From positions 1,248,001 to 1,312,000 of the forward strand of contig OZ244587.1 in the NCBI GenBank assembly GCA_965218095.1: 64,000 nucleotides of DNA, in the 5' to 3' direction. Below the pieces are notes generated by a model, which was not told where the DNA came from, did no database searches, and was given only the letters and a program-made list of their open reading frames with translations. A program made the translations under genes and the position numbers. Positions 31,167-41,360 of the stretch are shown piece after piece. Position 1 is the first letter of the stretch; every line of letters starts with the position of its first letter. The stretch is from Candidatus Poribacteria bacterium. GTDB taxonomy: Bacteria > Poribacteria > WGA-4E > PCPOR2b.

Positions 31167-32279
31167 TCAGGAGGTTTCCGACTCAAACTCCAATCCAACC
31201 CGAATCGCTCCACCCTGTTCGGCCAACGCAAAGGCTTCGTTGATCTGACCGAATGGGAAAGTATGGGAGATGATCTTGTGGAACGGATATTTACCCTGTG
31301 TGCGTTTCAGGAAGTCCAGCGCACGGGCGATGACCCAACCCTCATAAACGATGATGCCCCGGATAGTCCTGCTGCACCGCACAATACTGCCCGGATCGAT
31401 TTCGGTGGGCATCCCGAGATTGATATTCCCAATCCAGAGATAACGCCCGCCCCAACGGAGCATCTCAATCCCTTCGGATAGGACGCGCGGCGAGCCAACA
31501 AATTCAGCGACGAGGTCTGCGCCGGCCCCCTGTGTGTGATCAAGGATGTATTCAACACGGTCTTTTACGGAAAGTTCATCGACGTTGATGAGGTGGTCTG
31601 CGCCAAATTCACGGGCAAGCTCAAGCCGCGTCCGCAGGCGATCCAACACGACGATCTGTCCGGCGCCCATCTCTTTCGCCACAGCCATCGCGTAGAGTCC
31701 GAGCCCACCCGCGCCCTGAATCACCACCGTATCGCCGAGCGTGACACCGATTTGGTTGAGCCCATAGATCACTTCCGACAGCGCACAATTCACCGGTGAA
31801 ACGAGCGCGTCAGGCAGTTCATCAGGGACCTTGAAGATCCAGTGTCCGGGCTTCATGTAGTAATATTCGCCGTAAGCCCCGTGAAAATGCGGGGGCTGAT
31901 CGCTTGGCACACCGAGCCAATCCCGATAGCGGTTGGGACAGCCGGGCTTTCCGTTGAGGCACATCCAGCAGTGATGACACGGCTTGAAATAGGAATAGGT
32001 AATCCGATCTCCCTCCTCCAACGACCGCCCCATGCTGTCGGTTTGAATATTTTTCCCTAGTTCTTCGATTGTGCCAATCATTTCATGACCGAGAATTTGC
32101 GGGATGCCGCTGGCAATCTTGGGGCCGTGTCCTCGCCAAAAGTGCAGATCTGACCCGCAGATATTCGCCATCCGCATTTTGACCAGGAGATCATCCGTTC
32201 CCGTTGATGGCACGGGATACTCTCGGAATTCCATCGGTGTTTGTGGCTGCGTAAAAATGGCAACCTGTCCTGTTTTCAT
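31167..32279 (-). CDS. Zinc-binding alcohol dehydrogenase
   Basis: ICGSD, LGHE, CHHCWMC...C and GAGGLG motifs. Confidence 0.92.
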   Translation of the reverse strand: MKTGQVAIFTQPQTPMEFREYPVPSTGTDDLLVKMRMANICGSDLHFWRGHGPKIASGIPQILGHEMIGTIEELGKNIQTDSMGRSLEEGDRITYSYFKPCHHCWMCLNGKPGCPNRYRDWLGVPSDQPPHFHGAYGEYYYMKPGHWIFKVPDELPDALVSPVNCALSEVIYGLNQIGVTLGDTVVIQGAGGLGLYAMAVAKEMGAGQIVVLDRLRTRLELAREFGADHLINVDELSVKDRVEYILDHTQGAGADLVAEFVGSPRVLSEGIEMLRWGGRYLWIGNINLGMPTEIDPGSIVRCSRTIRGIIVYEGWVIARALDFLKRTQGKYPFHKIISHTFPFGQINEAFALAEQGGAIRVGLEFESETS

Positions 32280-32327
32280 TGTGAGCTCCTCCTGTGCGTG
32301 AGACGTGAAACGTAAGGCGTCAATTTC

Positions 32328-32732
32328 TTATTCCGCGTATTCGTCGAAATTAATCACCTTCCACTGTCCGCCAACCCGTTCAGTCAGAATCACGGTGTTG
32401 CGCACGCTGTTTGAGATGCTTGTGTTTTTAATGGTTAGCTGATACCTGAAGACGACCTGATTTTCAGCCTTCACTTTTTTCCCGACCTTTTCATACGCAA
32501 TTTGTGGGTGCACTTTCGACTCCTCACTTCCATTGCGGACTTCCCGTAATAACTCAATTTCCTCCTCCAGTTTTTCCTTGGCAAGGCCATCACTCAAGCG
32601 CAACGCCATTCCCTGATTGGCGTGCAGGTAATAGTTATAAACAAAGTCTTCAGCGACGCCATCAGACGTGTTTCTATCTGAACAAGCGAATATGAACAGT
32701 AGAAGACTGAAGCCAACCCATGCGGTTTTCAT
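32328..32732 (-). CDS. Hypothetical lipoprotein (NTF2-like fold possible)
   Basis: Start MKTAW with lipobox IFAC; ends GQWKV. Confidence 0.6.
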   Translation of the reverse strand: MKTAWVGFSLLLFIFACSDRNTSDGVAEDFVYNYYLHANQGMALRLSDGLAKEKLEEEIELLREVRNGSEESKVHPQIAYEKVGKKVKAENQVVFRYQLTIKNTSISNSVRNTVILTERVGGQWKVINFDEYAE

Positions 32733-32850
32733 GACATTTTCCTTTTGCTGACGCGTTTGGACGATTCGCAATTTTGCTTGACGTGGTTTAGACGGGTTGA
32801 TATAATGCCTGATAATTGTTATACTTGACTCTTGGAAATAGAAAGGAAAA

Positions 32851-33681
32851 TTGATGATCATTTACCGCTGGTGTATTCTATTCCAATGGATTGTGTTGTG
32901 TTGCTTCATTTGTGTGGGAGGATGTGATCGTCCCAAAGAGGAGTCACCGGCTGGTTCGACCCCAAAACCGGATCAGACTTCCCAACCGGCGACGCCAAAA
33001 CGTGCGCCGAGGACCCTGGAAGCGTTCCAAAGCGCAATTGAAGCTAGACAGGTAGGAACAATCAGCGGAAGCGCGTTATTCAAAGGCGCCCCCCCCACAC
33101 CGAAGGAACTCCGTGTGACGCTAAACAAGCGCACATGTGGGCATACATATCAATCCGAAAGTCTCCTCATCTCTGGAAAGGGAGGGATTCAGAATGTCGT
33201 CGTGTCGCTGCTGAGAATCCCTGAAGGACTGCCAATCGAGACTTCTGAATCTTTGGTCAAAATGGATCAGCAAAGATGCGTTTTTATCCCGCATGTGCTG
33301 ATCGTCCGTGCCGGCACAGAATTTGAAGCTTTAAGCAGCGATCCGGTACTGCATAACTTCCATGCCATTGGAAATCATAATAAAGAGATCAATGTCACGC
33401 AGACCAAGACGAAAAGGAGGCGGCTACCTGTGATGTTTCCTGAACCTGACACAGTCATGGTGATCTGTGATGTGCATAGCTGGATGAAGGCGTGGATTAT
33501 TGTCGCGGAACACCCCTACTACACACTCACAAATGCAGAAGGTCAGTTTCGGTTGGAAAATGTACCAGAAGGGAGCTACCAGATTAAGGCGTGGCATGAG
33601 GAACTGGGTGAGCAGATTCAAAAGGTCACAGTGAAAGTCAATCAAGATACAGGTATTGATTTCGAGTTTAGTCAACCATAA
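32851..33681 (+). CDS. Lipoprotein with cupredoxin-like and carboxypeptidase-regulatory-like domains
   Basis: Lipobox VGGC; DQQRCVFIPHV, DPVLHNFH, CDVHSWM and TNAEGQFRLENVPEG motifs. Confidence 0.75.
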   Translation: MMIIYRWCILFQWIVLCCFICVGGCDRPKEESPAGSTPKPDQTSQPATPKRAPRTLEAFQSAIEARQVGTISGSALFKGAPPTPKELRVTLNKRTCGHTYQSESLLISGKGGIQNVVVSLLRIPEGLPIETSESLVKMDQQRCVFIPHVLIVRAGTEFEALSSDPVLHNFHAIGNHNKEINVTQTKTKRRRLPVMFPEPDTVMVICDVHSWMKAWIIVAEHPYYTLTNAEGQFRLENVPEGSYQIKAWHEELGEQIQKVTVKVNQDTGIDFEFSQP

Positions 33682-33738
33682 CAGAATCGGTTTGAGGCGT
33701 TTCTAAGTGGTTCAGTGCGCCATGTCCGTATAGGGTTG

Positions 33739-33769
33739 GACCTGACAGGTTTTTGAAACCTGTCAGGTC
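33739..33769. repeat. REP-like palindrome or terminator between convergent genes
   Basis: gacctgacaggttt-ttg-aaacctgtcaggtc. Confidence 0.65.
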
Positions 33770-33815
33770 TGGTGTCAAACCGATATGAATTTATGGGAGT
33801 AGGACCACTAAGTTT

Positions 33816-34187
33816 CTATTCCCATCTGGTCTGTGCCGAAGTGCCTGTATGCCTGTTGTATCTGTCGATATAGTCTCCCCGGGGTGGGCTGAAGATATCC
33901 AGGACGCACGCCGGTCCCTCAACCACAACTCCCGAATGCACCACATCCGAAGGAACAATGAAGGCGTCTCCTATTCCCAAGACCTTTTCCTCTGAACCAA
34001 TCCTGAACTTCAACTTTCCCGACAATACCAGGCCTGCCTGCTCGTGTGGATGGCTGTGTTCCGGAACTTCACTACCTTCCGTCATTTCCAAAAAGGAGAG
34101 CATCAGATGTTCCCCGGAGATAATACTACTGAGCGCCCCCGGGAATAATTCCATTCGGGGCAGTTCCTCGGAAGCTATAAACGGCAT
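33816..34187 (-). CDS. Cupin domain protein
   Basis: HSHPHEQ...PSDVVH cupin motifs; RBS GGAGGG before MPFIA. Confidence 0.88.
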   Translation of the reverse strand: MPFIASEELPRMELFPGALSSIISGEHLMLSFLEMTEGSEVPEHSHPHEQAGLVLSGKLKFRIGSEEKVLGIGDAFIVPSDVVHSGVVVEGPACVLDIFSPPRGDYIDRYNRHTGTSAQTRWE

Positions 34188-34286
34188 GTCTTCCCTCCTC
34201 AAACTTTTCCAGAAAAATAAGTAGGCGGGGCATTGCCCCACCCCTTACCAATGTTCACGGTCAACATATCTGCTTTTGATTCCCGG

Positions 34287-34751
34287 TCATTTTTTAACGA
34301 CCTTAATCTCTTTCGATGCCTTCCACGGTGCGGTATGGTTGGGTTGTTCCATTGCCACTAACGTGGTGCTCTCTTCCAACGCAATCGTAAAAGTGACCTT
34401 AGGCATTGTATGAATCGGATGCAGATAAGCCCGCGCTAACTCGACATCATTTTTGTAGATCGCAATCCAGTTGACATAGTGCTCATAGAGGGTTGGATGG
34501 ATTGCATCGGCACCGATAGTTACAGTTACATCAAACCATTCACCGGCACGAACCTCACCTGGACACTCAATTTTCGGTGTATGTTTCGCATCGTGCTCTG
34601 TTTTGATGTGTTTGAAATCGCCGATTACATCTTCGTCAAAAACCTGCTCAAGTTGATTTGCAACAACGGGAATCGCAATCAACACAGCAATGACTCCCAG
34701 ACTTAACGCTCCAATCTTGAAAGGCTGGTTTTTCAACAATCGAAATAACAA
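34287..34751 (-). CDS. Superoxide-reductase-like (desulfoferrodoxin Fe-binding domain, class II SORL) protein with an N-terminal membrane/signal segment
   Basis: KHTPKI, HPTLYEHYVNWI and NH motifs; TTG start at 34751 after AGGAGG. Confidence 0.7.
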   Translation of the reverse strand: MLFRLLKNQPFKIGALSLGVIAVLIAIPVVANQLEQVFDEDVIGDFKHIKTEHDAKHTPKIECPGEVRAGEWFDVTVTIGADAIHPTLYEHYVNWIAIYKNDVELARAYLHPIHTMPKVTFTIALEESTTLVAMEQPNHTAPWKASKEIKVVKK

Positions 34752-34978
34752 AATGATACCTCCTGTTGATAGATTTAAATCAGGAGTTACGCAGCTGGTT
34801 TTGTCCCATCCACGATTCATCTGCATCTTGTATCATCTGGGTCAGGATTCAACAAGATCCAGGAGGGTGACATTTAACTCAATATGAAATGCGTAATCCC
34901 TATTAAAGACAACGTGATTATACCACACCGTCCGAAACAGTACCAACGAAAACTTCAGTCGGCTGAAGATGTGGCGAT

Positions 34979-35407
34979 TTAGTTCAGCGATGGTACTGCT
35001 GCGGTACCAGAAAGCGCCATCTCTCTCGGCAATGGAGAGGCGTGGTGATGCACCATCTTCCAATCCTCGCCTTCGCGTTTGAAGACGTTCGTCGCTTGAG
35101 CGAACGATATGCCCATCCTCCCGCCAGCGAAGGTATGGATCGATTCTACACACGTTACCCATGCAAACTGTTTATCGACATGAATCGAAACCTCACTGGG
35201 GTGGATGTGCATCCGATGTGTATTCTGGAAGATATTGACCCAACTCTGGCGAATTTCCTCCCAGCCGGTGAGCGTCTCCCAGTTCGGATGAATACATTGC
35301 ACCCAATCCGCTTGTAGCCATACGTCGTCCATCATGTCAATGCTCAAATTTTGCATCGCTTGATAAAAGTTGAGATTTGCCTGTTCAACCTGTTGTTGAT
35401 TTGTCAT
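34979..35407 (-). CDS. SnoaL-like / NTF2-family protein
   Basis: ANLNFYQA, CIHPNW, ATNVF and WKMVHHHAS motifs. Confidence 0.85.
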   Translation of the reverse strand: MTNQQQVEQANLNFYQAMQNLSIDMMDDVWLQADWVQCIHPNWETLTGWEEIRQSWVNIFQNTHRMHIHPSEVSIHVDKQFAWVTCVESIHTFAGGRMGISFAQATNVFKREGEDWKMVHHHASPLPREMALSGTAAVPSLN

Positions 35408-35433
35408 TAATTTCTCCGGCTATCGATCTCCAC

Positions 35434-35585
35434 CTTAATCCGGCAGATCCACCGAGGTGGCGAGCCAACAAGAAGCACGGACATGGCACCGATGCTGATT
35501 ACAGGCCACCTGTTGTCGGTATGATCGGGCAAGGGAATGGTCAGGTCTGTTTGCGCGTTGTCCATCACACGGAGGTTGTCAGAAA
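35434..35585 (+). pseudogene. IS1595-family transposase remnant
   Basis: DPPRWRANKKHGHGT..YRPPVVGMIG..NGQVCLRVV resembles the ISXO2-like DDE region; isolated fragment. Confidence 0.5.
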
Positions 35586-35666
35586 AAGATCGTCAGATCG
35601 TCCTGATTAATAGAGCTGGATCTGATCTCTACAGTGGCTTACATGTTACGCATCACATATCACGCT

Positions 35667-36074
35667 TCACTCGCCACTAAAGAGCCCCATCCCCGCAGAC
35701 CCATCTGCAATCTTCCGAATCTGCTTTTCAAAGCCAGACGGTGAAAACGTCCATGTGAGCCAAAGTGGCGCATCACCGGTGTTGACAAAACGGTGTTCAA
35801 CCTTCGGTGGGATAAAAATCACCGTCCCCGGTTTCAGGTCCGCGACCTCATCCCCGACGAACCCTTTCCCTTGACCGCCAAAGATAAATATGATCTCTTC
35901 AGCTTCGTCATGGGCGTGCATTGGGATCTCGCTATGGGTATCGATCTCCTCCAGCCCCGCGGCAAAGCGTTCTGTTTCAACGGTGTTCGGTTCGATGCAG
36001 GTGTATAATGTGCGCGGGGTTTCCCCTTCAATCCGAACGACTTCAGCGTCTTCTTTGTGGAAAAAATATGTCAT
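35667..36074 (-). CDS. Cupin domain protein
   Basis: HAHDEAEE...PPKVEH motifs. Confidence 0.88.
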   Translation of the reverse strand: MTYFFHKEDAEVVRIEGETPRTLYTCIEPNTVETERFAAGLEEIDTHSEIPMHAHDEAEEIIFIFGGQGKGFVGDEVADLKPGTVIFIPPKVEHRFVNTGDAPLWLTWTFSPSGFEKQIRKIADGSAGMGLFSGE

Positions 36075-36200
36075 CGTATCTTCCTTTCTCTGTGTACATT
36101 GATAAAAGTCTATCTTTTGATTTCTATTGGTGCAGGAAACTCCCAGAAATGTAAAATCTCTTTTTGTGAGGTCGATATTTCACGTTTTACGTTTCACGCA

Positions 36201-37502
36201 TTACGTCTTCTGCGGCTTTTTCTTCGCCGCGGGGAACAGGATGTTGTTCAGGATGAGCCGGTAACCCGGTGAGTGTTTGTGGAGATCCAGGTTGGTTGGC
36301 ACTTTTCCTTCTCCGACGAGGTGGCGATAGTCCTCCGGATCATGTCCGCCGAGGAACGTAAACGTCCCCCTGACCAACTTGCCATGGATGTACTTGGCGT
36401 AACGGCTTCCCTCAATGTCACCCATGATTGTCACAGTGTCGCGGATGGTGTCCTTGTTAAACGAAGTCGTCTGTCCGAGAAATCCGCGTACCCGACTCAC
36501 ATGATTCTGAGTGAGCATCGTCGGGATGGGATCATGCTTTGCAGCAAACTCAAATAACACGAAATCCTCCACGCCTGATAGCGGGTTGAGATCCGGGCGC
36601 GGGTTATCGATATTTGAAAATTCATACCGATTCGGATTTGGGTAGAGCGTAAAATTCTCAAAGCCGAAGGTTCTATCAAAATTAAGTTTGGACTGATAGT
36701 CTAGGTCGAGTGGTGTCCCGTCGAGTTCAGGCGCAACGATATCTACGCTTCCGCCCCCTGTCGAGAGCGCGATGTCCAATGTTTCTGGCGCCGAACACAT
36801 GGCAAACAGAAATCCACCCTTGACGATGTAATCCTGGATCTGCTGGGCAATATCCACCTTGTGTTTCGGCACGCCATCAAATCCCGCTTCTGCCGCAGCC
36901 TGTTCAAACAGGTGCTTGCGCTGCTGATACCATACTTGCCCCTTATAAGCACTGTAGAATTTTCCGTGCTGCCCCGTGAAATCCTCATGGTGCAAGTGCA
37001 GCCAATCGTACTCTTTCGTGAACAGGACCCCCGCTGCAACCTGCTTATCCCAGATTGTGTCATAGGGAATCTCTGCGTACTCCAAAGCGATTTTTACGGC
37101 ATCATCCCATGGATCTCGGTAGGGCGTATCCTCCGGTGGCGCATAAACAGCGATCTTGGGTGCTTTTTCCAGCAAGATCTCATCCATATTGCTATTATCC
37201 ATTTCGGACTGGATAGCACCATAATCGGAAACGGAGATCGGCTGAAAACTGACGCCCATCACCTGCGCCTTGAGTTGCACCTCCGGAGTGTCTCTCAGAA
37301 GAAAGGAGCCTCCCCGATAATTCAACAGCCACTTTGCACCATACTGCCGTGGACCTTCCAGCGCCCAATATGTCAATCCATAAGCCTTCAAGTGATTAAT
37401 TTGTGTATTATCCATCGGCACAAGTAACCACTGTGCAGAGGTGTTGCTGACTATCATCAAGAAAAAGAGTGATACCAGCAGGGTGCTTTTTGCTGAATTC
37501 AT
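36201..37502 (-). CDS. Conserved secreted protein (family often labelled 'asparagine synthetase B' in Bacteroidetes; class I GATase-like fold)
   Basis: Signal peptide; HLKAYG, WLLNYRGGSF, PWDDAV, WLHLHHEDFTGQ, FAMCSA and GGHDPEDY motifs. Confidence 0.7.
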   Translation of the reverse strand: MNSAKSTLLVSLFFLMIVSNTSAQWLLVPMDNTQINHLKAYGLTYWALEGPRQYGAKWLLNYRGGSFLLRDTPEVQLKAQVMGVSFQPISVSDYGAIQSEMDNSNMDEILLEKAPKIAVYAPPEDTPYRDPWDDAVKIALEYAEIPYDTIWDKQVAAGVLFTKEYDWLHLHHEDFTGQHGKFYSAYKGQVWYQQRKHLFEQAAAEAGFDGVPKHKVDIAQQIQDYIVKGGFLFAMCSAPETLDIALSTGGGSVDIVAPELDGTPLDLDYQSKLNFDRTFGFENFTLYPNPNRYEFSNIDNPRPDLNPLSGVEDFVLFEFAAKHDPIPTMLTQNHVSRVRGFLGQTTSFNKDTIRDTVTIMGDIEGSRYAKYIHGKLVRGTFTFLGGHDPEDYRHLVGEGKVPTNLDLHKHSPGYRLILNNILFPAAKKKPQKT

Positions 37503-37514
37503 CGATTTTTCCTC

Positions 37515-38354
37515 CTAAAAAAGTAATACGTATTGCGTATTGCGTAAAACAACCTTCCCAGCCTTCCCCTTCCTTCCTTTCCTTGTATAAAATGAACTCA
37601 TGAACAGCACTTCAAAATTTCGTGTCGTCATCTCCCCAATTTTCTTTAGTGAAACACCGCGGAGTTCAGCGATTTTTTCTGCTATGGTGCGAACATAAGC
37701 CGGTTCGTTGCGTTTGCCGCGCCGAAACTGTGGCGCCAACCATGGGCAATCCGTCTCCACAAGCAAACGGTCTGCGGGCACTTCCCGTGCTGCGTCTTGC
37801 AGTGCCTTCGATTTGCGGTAGGTTACCGGTCCGCCGATGCCGATGTAAAATCCGAGATCGAGGCTCTGTCTCACGAGCTCCACGTCGCCTGAAAAGCAGT
37901 GCATCACGCCGCACACCTTTCCGAGCCGCGCTCGCAAAATTGGGAGGATGTCGTGATATGCCTCGCGGTTGTGAATGACGATTGGGAGATCTAATTCCTC
38001 TGCCAGATCCAATTGTCGTTCAAACGCCATCTTTTGGATTGGACGCGGCGAGAGATCGCGATAGTAATCGAGTCCCATCTCGCCAAGCGCGAGCACCTTC
38101 GGATGGGCAGCAAGTTCACGAAAAATTCGTATGGTTTCGTCATCCAGGTCTTTCGCATCGTGTGGATGGATGCCGACAGTGGCATAGACCTGATCATATT
38201 GTTCTGCAAGATTGATCGCCCCACGGCTGGTCTCCGGATCGAATCCGATCGCCAAAATCGCATGAACACCAGCTTGTCGGGCGCGTTCTATCATTGCCTC
38301 CCGATCGGCATCGAACTGATTGAGTTGAATGTGGGCATGTGAATCAATGAACAT
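37515..38354 (-). CDS. tatD: TatD-family deoxyribonuclease
   Basis: DSHAH, GIHPH, GEMGLDY, HNRE, HCFSG and ETDCPWL motifs. Confidence 0.93.
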   Translation of the reverse strand: MFIDSHAHIQLNQFDADREAMIERARQAGVHAILAIGFDPETSRGAINLAEQYDQVYATVGIHPHDAKDLDDETIRIFRELAAHPKVLALGEMGLDYYRDLSPRPIQKMAFERQLDLAEELDLPIVIHNREAYHDILPILRARLGKVCGVMHCFSGDVELVRQSLDLGFYIGIGGPVTYRKSKALQDAAREVPADRLLVETDCPWLAPQFRRGKRNEPAYVRTIAEKIAELRGVSLKKIGEMTTRNFEVLFMSSFYTRKGRKGKAGKVVLRNTQYVLLF

Positions 38355-38473
38355 AATAAAATTTCCGATTTCGTTAATATCACTCCATCAAGGTTCTCTC
38401 GACACGAATTTGAGTGTACAAAAACATTCTCGTGAGGTGAGGCGCTTACAATTGTCAACCGATCATTGACAAG

Positions 38474-39538
38474 TTAGGGACGATAAATAATCTGAAAAAC
38501 CTTAATGTCATTCATTGCGAAATCACTCACGAAAACGAAATTCGCTTTGGAAACTGCAATGCCTAAGGGGTCTACAAGCACCTCATTGTCAAATGCCATC
38601 ACAAGCTGTCCATCTTTCGTGAAGACCTGGATGCGCTGATTTCCTCGATCTGTTACATAGAGATAACCCCAGCGATCCAGTTCGATGTGACTCGGTTCTC
38701 GAAATTGCCCCAGCCCTTCTCCTTCAGTCCCCCATATTTTGACGAGGTTGCCGCTGAAGTCGTATTTCTTGATCCGATGGTTGCCTGAATCGACAATGTA
38801 GACATTCCCACGGGCGTCTGCGACGAGATCTGTTGGATCGCGAAACTGTTCCCTTGCCCCACCAAAACCTCCTCGTGTCAGCACGGGGAGGCCTTCAGTG
38901 TTAAACTGGACGAATCGGTTGTTTCCCGTATCGACGATGTAGACCTCCCCATTGCGCCCGATGCCAATGCCGCTTGGCAGATCGAGATCTATTACAGCAT
39001 CCCCATCTCTATCCTCATAGCCGGTGTCCGATCGGCTTCCAACCATGACGTGGAAGATCCGGTCTACGAGGTCGCAGTATTGGATGCGGTTGTTATCTGT
39101 GTCCGCAACATAGAGGAGTTCGGTCCGCTGAAAATTGATGGCAACATCGCTCGGATTATCAAATTCCCCCCGCCGCCAACCACGCACCCCAAATTCCGCG
39201 ACGAAATTCCCTTCGGGGTCGACGACCTGGACGCGGTTGTTTCCCGAATCGGCGACGTAGAGGCGCCCAAGACGATCGAAATCAAGCCCAGCCGGACGCA
39301 GGAATTGACCCGCCCCCTGACCGGGACGACCAATCGTTTCGATATAGTTGACGCTCAGTATGTGCGGAGCAGGGTGGTCATGAATGGATGGAACAATCTG
39401 GGGCGGCGTAATCTTTTTTGTTAGGAAAAGCTCAGGCTCTGCTTCGACAGCTTGATCAACAGCGGGGCGCAGGGAAGCACAACTCAAACCAAAGGAGAGA
39501 AAGATCAGAATGTGCAGGAAAACGCATCTCGCCTGCAT
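38474..39538 (-). CDS. NHL-repeat beta-propeller lipoprotein
   Basis: Lipobox GLSC; repeated YVADSGNNRVQ-type NHL units. Confidence 0.88.
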   Translation of the reverse strand: MQARCVFLHILIFLSFGLSCASLRPAVDQAVEAEPELFLTKKITPPQIVPSIHDHPAPHILSVNYIETIGRPGQGAGQFLRPAGLDFDRLGRLYVADSGNNRVQVVDPEGNFVAEFGVRGWRRGEFDNPSDVAINFQRTELLYVADTDNNRIQYCDLVDRIFHVMVGSRSDTGYEDRDGDAVIDLDLPSGIGIGRNGEVYIVDTGNNRFVQFNTEGLPVLTRGGFGGAREQFRDPTDLVADARGNVYIVDSGNHRIKKYDFSGNLVKIWGTEGEGLGQFREPSHIELDRWGYLYVTDRGNQRIQVFTKDGQLVMAFDNEVLVDPLGIAVSKANFVFVSDFAMNDIKVFQIIYRP

Positions 39539-39541
39539 CGC

Positions 39542-40147
39542 TTACCCCTTTTGGACTCGAAACTTAAATACAAAGGTGGTTTCTGTTTCGGTGAATTCGC
39601 TGTGGACTTTGGGAACAATAATACGTAAACTTGAAGATTTAATACTGCGCTTGTGGAAATATAGGAAGAATTGAACACGACGTTTTGGCATAATCGTTGT
39701 TCTCTCAATGTCTTCGCGCGGCAACGCTACGGGATCACCCATTACGCGAAGCGCCCTATTTTCTCTAAAATCCTGGCGGAATTCAGGGGGCAACTTGGGT
39801 TTAAAGTTTTTGCCGAGATGAAATGAAAGCTGAGACCTGTGGATGGGCTTTGCGACATTGCCGGACTGATCGAGCATCGAACAATTCTTCTGTTTAAGCG
39901 AAATCCAGTGATTCGTACTATTGAAGACTATAATTCCGAATGCATCCACCTCTTTTACATCATTCAAGGGGACTGCCATCACTGTGACACCGTTTTTGAC
40001 ATGGACAACTGCCCCTGACCGGGGGAGGATGGTTGCCTCCGGATCAAAAACAGGAACAATGCGGATCGGTTGAAAGGCGGAACAGCCCAGATTTGCGAGG
40101 AGTAATATGGTAAGTAATTGTAGGCTCAGTTGTATGTATTTTTTCAT
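39542..40147 (-). CDS. Hypothetical lipoprotein
   Basis: Lipobox NLGC; translationally coupled to both neighbours. Confidence 0.7.
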   Translation of the reverse strand: MKKYIQLSLQLLTILLLANLGCSAFQPIRIVPVFDPEATILPRSGAVVHVKNGVTVMAVPLNDVKEVDAFGIIVFNSTNHWISLKQKNCSMLDQSGNVAKPIHRSQLSFHLGKNFKPKLPPEFRQDFRENRALRVMGDPVALPREDIERTTIMPKRRVQFFLYFHKRSIKSSSLRIIVPKVHSEFTETETTFVFKFRVQKG

Positions 40148-41280
40148 TTTCCTTCGGCGAAAAAAGCGAGCAACTTACTAAGTGTTGCCGGTAGGTCTTG
40201 ACGCTGCACGTAGTGATCTATAATCACGTCACGTTGTGCATAGCTGGATGAAGGCGTGGATTGTAAGTCAGCCCCGCGAGAGGCGTTAGTCTGTTCGCCG
40301 GGTCCACCTTGACACACGTGGTTCTGTTCCACAAGTACGAGATCCCCCAGCGGGAACTTTGTTGAGAATCCTCCCAGGGAATTTTGATCGGTTAGAAGCG
40401 TAATCTGTGGCAGACAGGCTTGTGACAAGTTGTCCATTTCAACTGTCAGATATGTAATTTCGGCGGATAAAAGTTCAGGCTGTCCGGGTTGATTGGATTT
40501 TCTCTTAGGAAGCGCATCACCTGGATAAACAGTGATAAGAGGGAGTTTTCTCTCCAACGCTGTACGAATTGCAGCGAGCAGCGTTACGAAATGGACCCGT
40601 TGAGGGACAGCATAGGGGTCAACAACGACGAGGATCGCCGGATGACTCGAAATTGTTCCTTCTCCTGCTGCGATTTGCCATCGGACCTGATTCGGCGCCG
40701 TGTTTCGATTAACGAGATCTGTAAGTCTAATAGCAGCCGATAACTTTTTGTCGATTGAAGGCGGGTAGAGATCGGATATCGCATCCGAATCGAACAGATA
40801 GCGGAGACGTACATCAGCAGGCATCGGAGAATAATAATTACAGTGTGGACAAACATAAAAATTCCGTTCCAATGTCTGTTTGAATACAAACTCATTACAG
40901 AATGTACACTTATTCCACAGCCCACTGCGCCTATCTTTTTGAAAACTGGCTATAGCCTCATTTTCATCCTCATATCGATCGAAGAGAGTGACAAGCTTGG
41001 CCATGACAATCAAGCTCTTGATGTTTCCACTGACCTGGAGTAGAGCAATCCACCCGCTTTTTCTTTGAACTGATGTATAGCCGGCAACAATGACACCAAG
41101 ACCGGAGCTATCCACCATGCGGACTTTTTCGAGATTCAACAGGATTTTAACCTCGCCCTCCTCAGCAGCATTAATCTGTTCATCAATGATATGCTTGAGA
41201 ACTAAGCTATCGGAACCGATAACCCTGCCCTCAATATCTAAAATCGTGACACCTTCTCTTTTGCGAATATTTACATTCAT
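40144..41280 (-). CDS. STAS (anti-anti-sigma) domain fused to an AccD-like zinc ribbon and degenerate carboxyltransferase domain
   Basis: N-terminal STAS with VDSSGLG; then GLWNKCTFC...NFYVCPHCNY...RLRYLFD (AccD Zn ribbon) and LPQITLLTD...GG...LGDLVLVE (AccD-like). Confidence 0.8.
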   Translation of the reverse strand: MNVNIRKREGVTILDIEGRVIGSDSLVLKHIIDEQINAAEEGEVKILLNLEKVRMVDSSGLGVIVAGYTSVQRKSGWIALLQVSGNIKSLIVMAKLVTLFDRYEDENEAIASFQKDRRSGLWNKCTFCNEFVFKQTLERNFYVCPHCNYYSPMPADVRLRYLFDSDAISDLYPPSIDKKLSAAIRLTDLVNRNTAPNQVRWQIAAGEGTISSHPAILVVVDPYAVPQRVHFVTLLAAIRTALERKLPLITVYPGDALPKRKSNQPGQPELLSAEITYLTVEMDNLSQACLPQITLLTDQNSLGGFSTKFPLGDLVLVEQNHVCQGGPGEQTNASRGADLQSTPSSSYAQRDVIIDHYVQRQDLPATLSKLLAFFAEGK

Positions 41281-41360
41281 TTGGCGGCCTCCTTGGATTG
41301 AAGTGATGGCAGCCTATTGGGTTGCCCTGAGTTTGTCAAGAAATTGAGTCGGGACGACGC

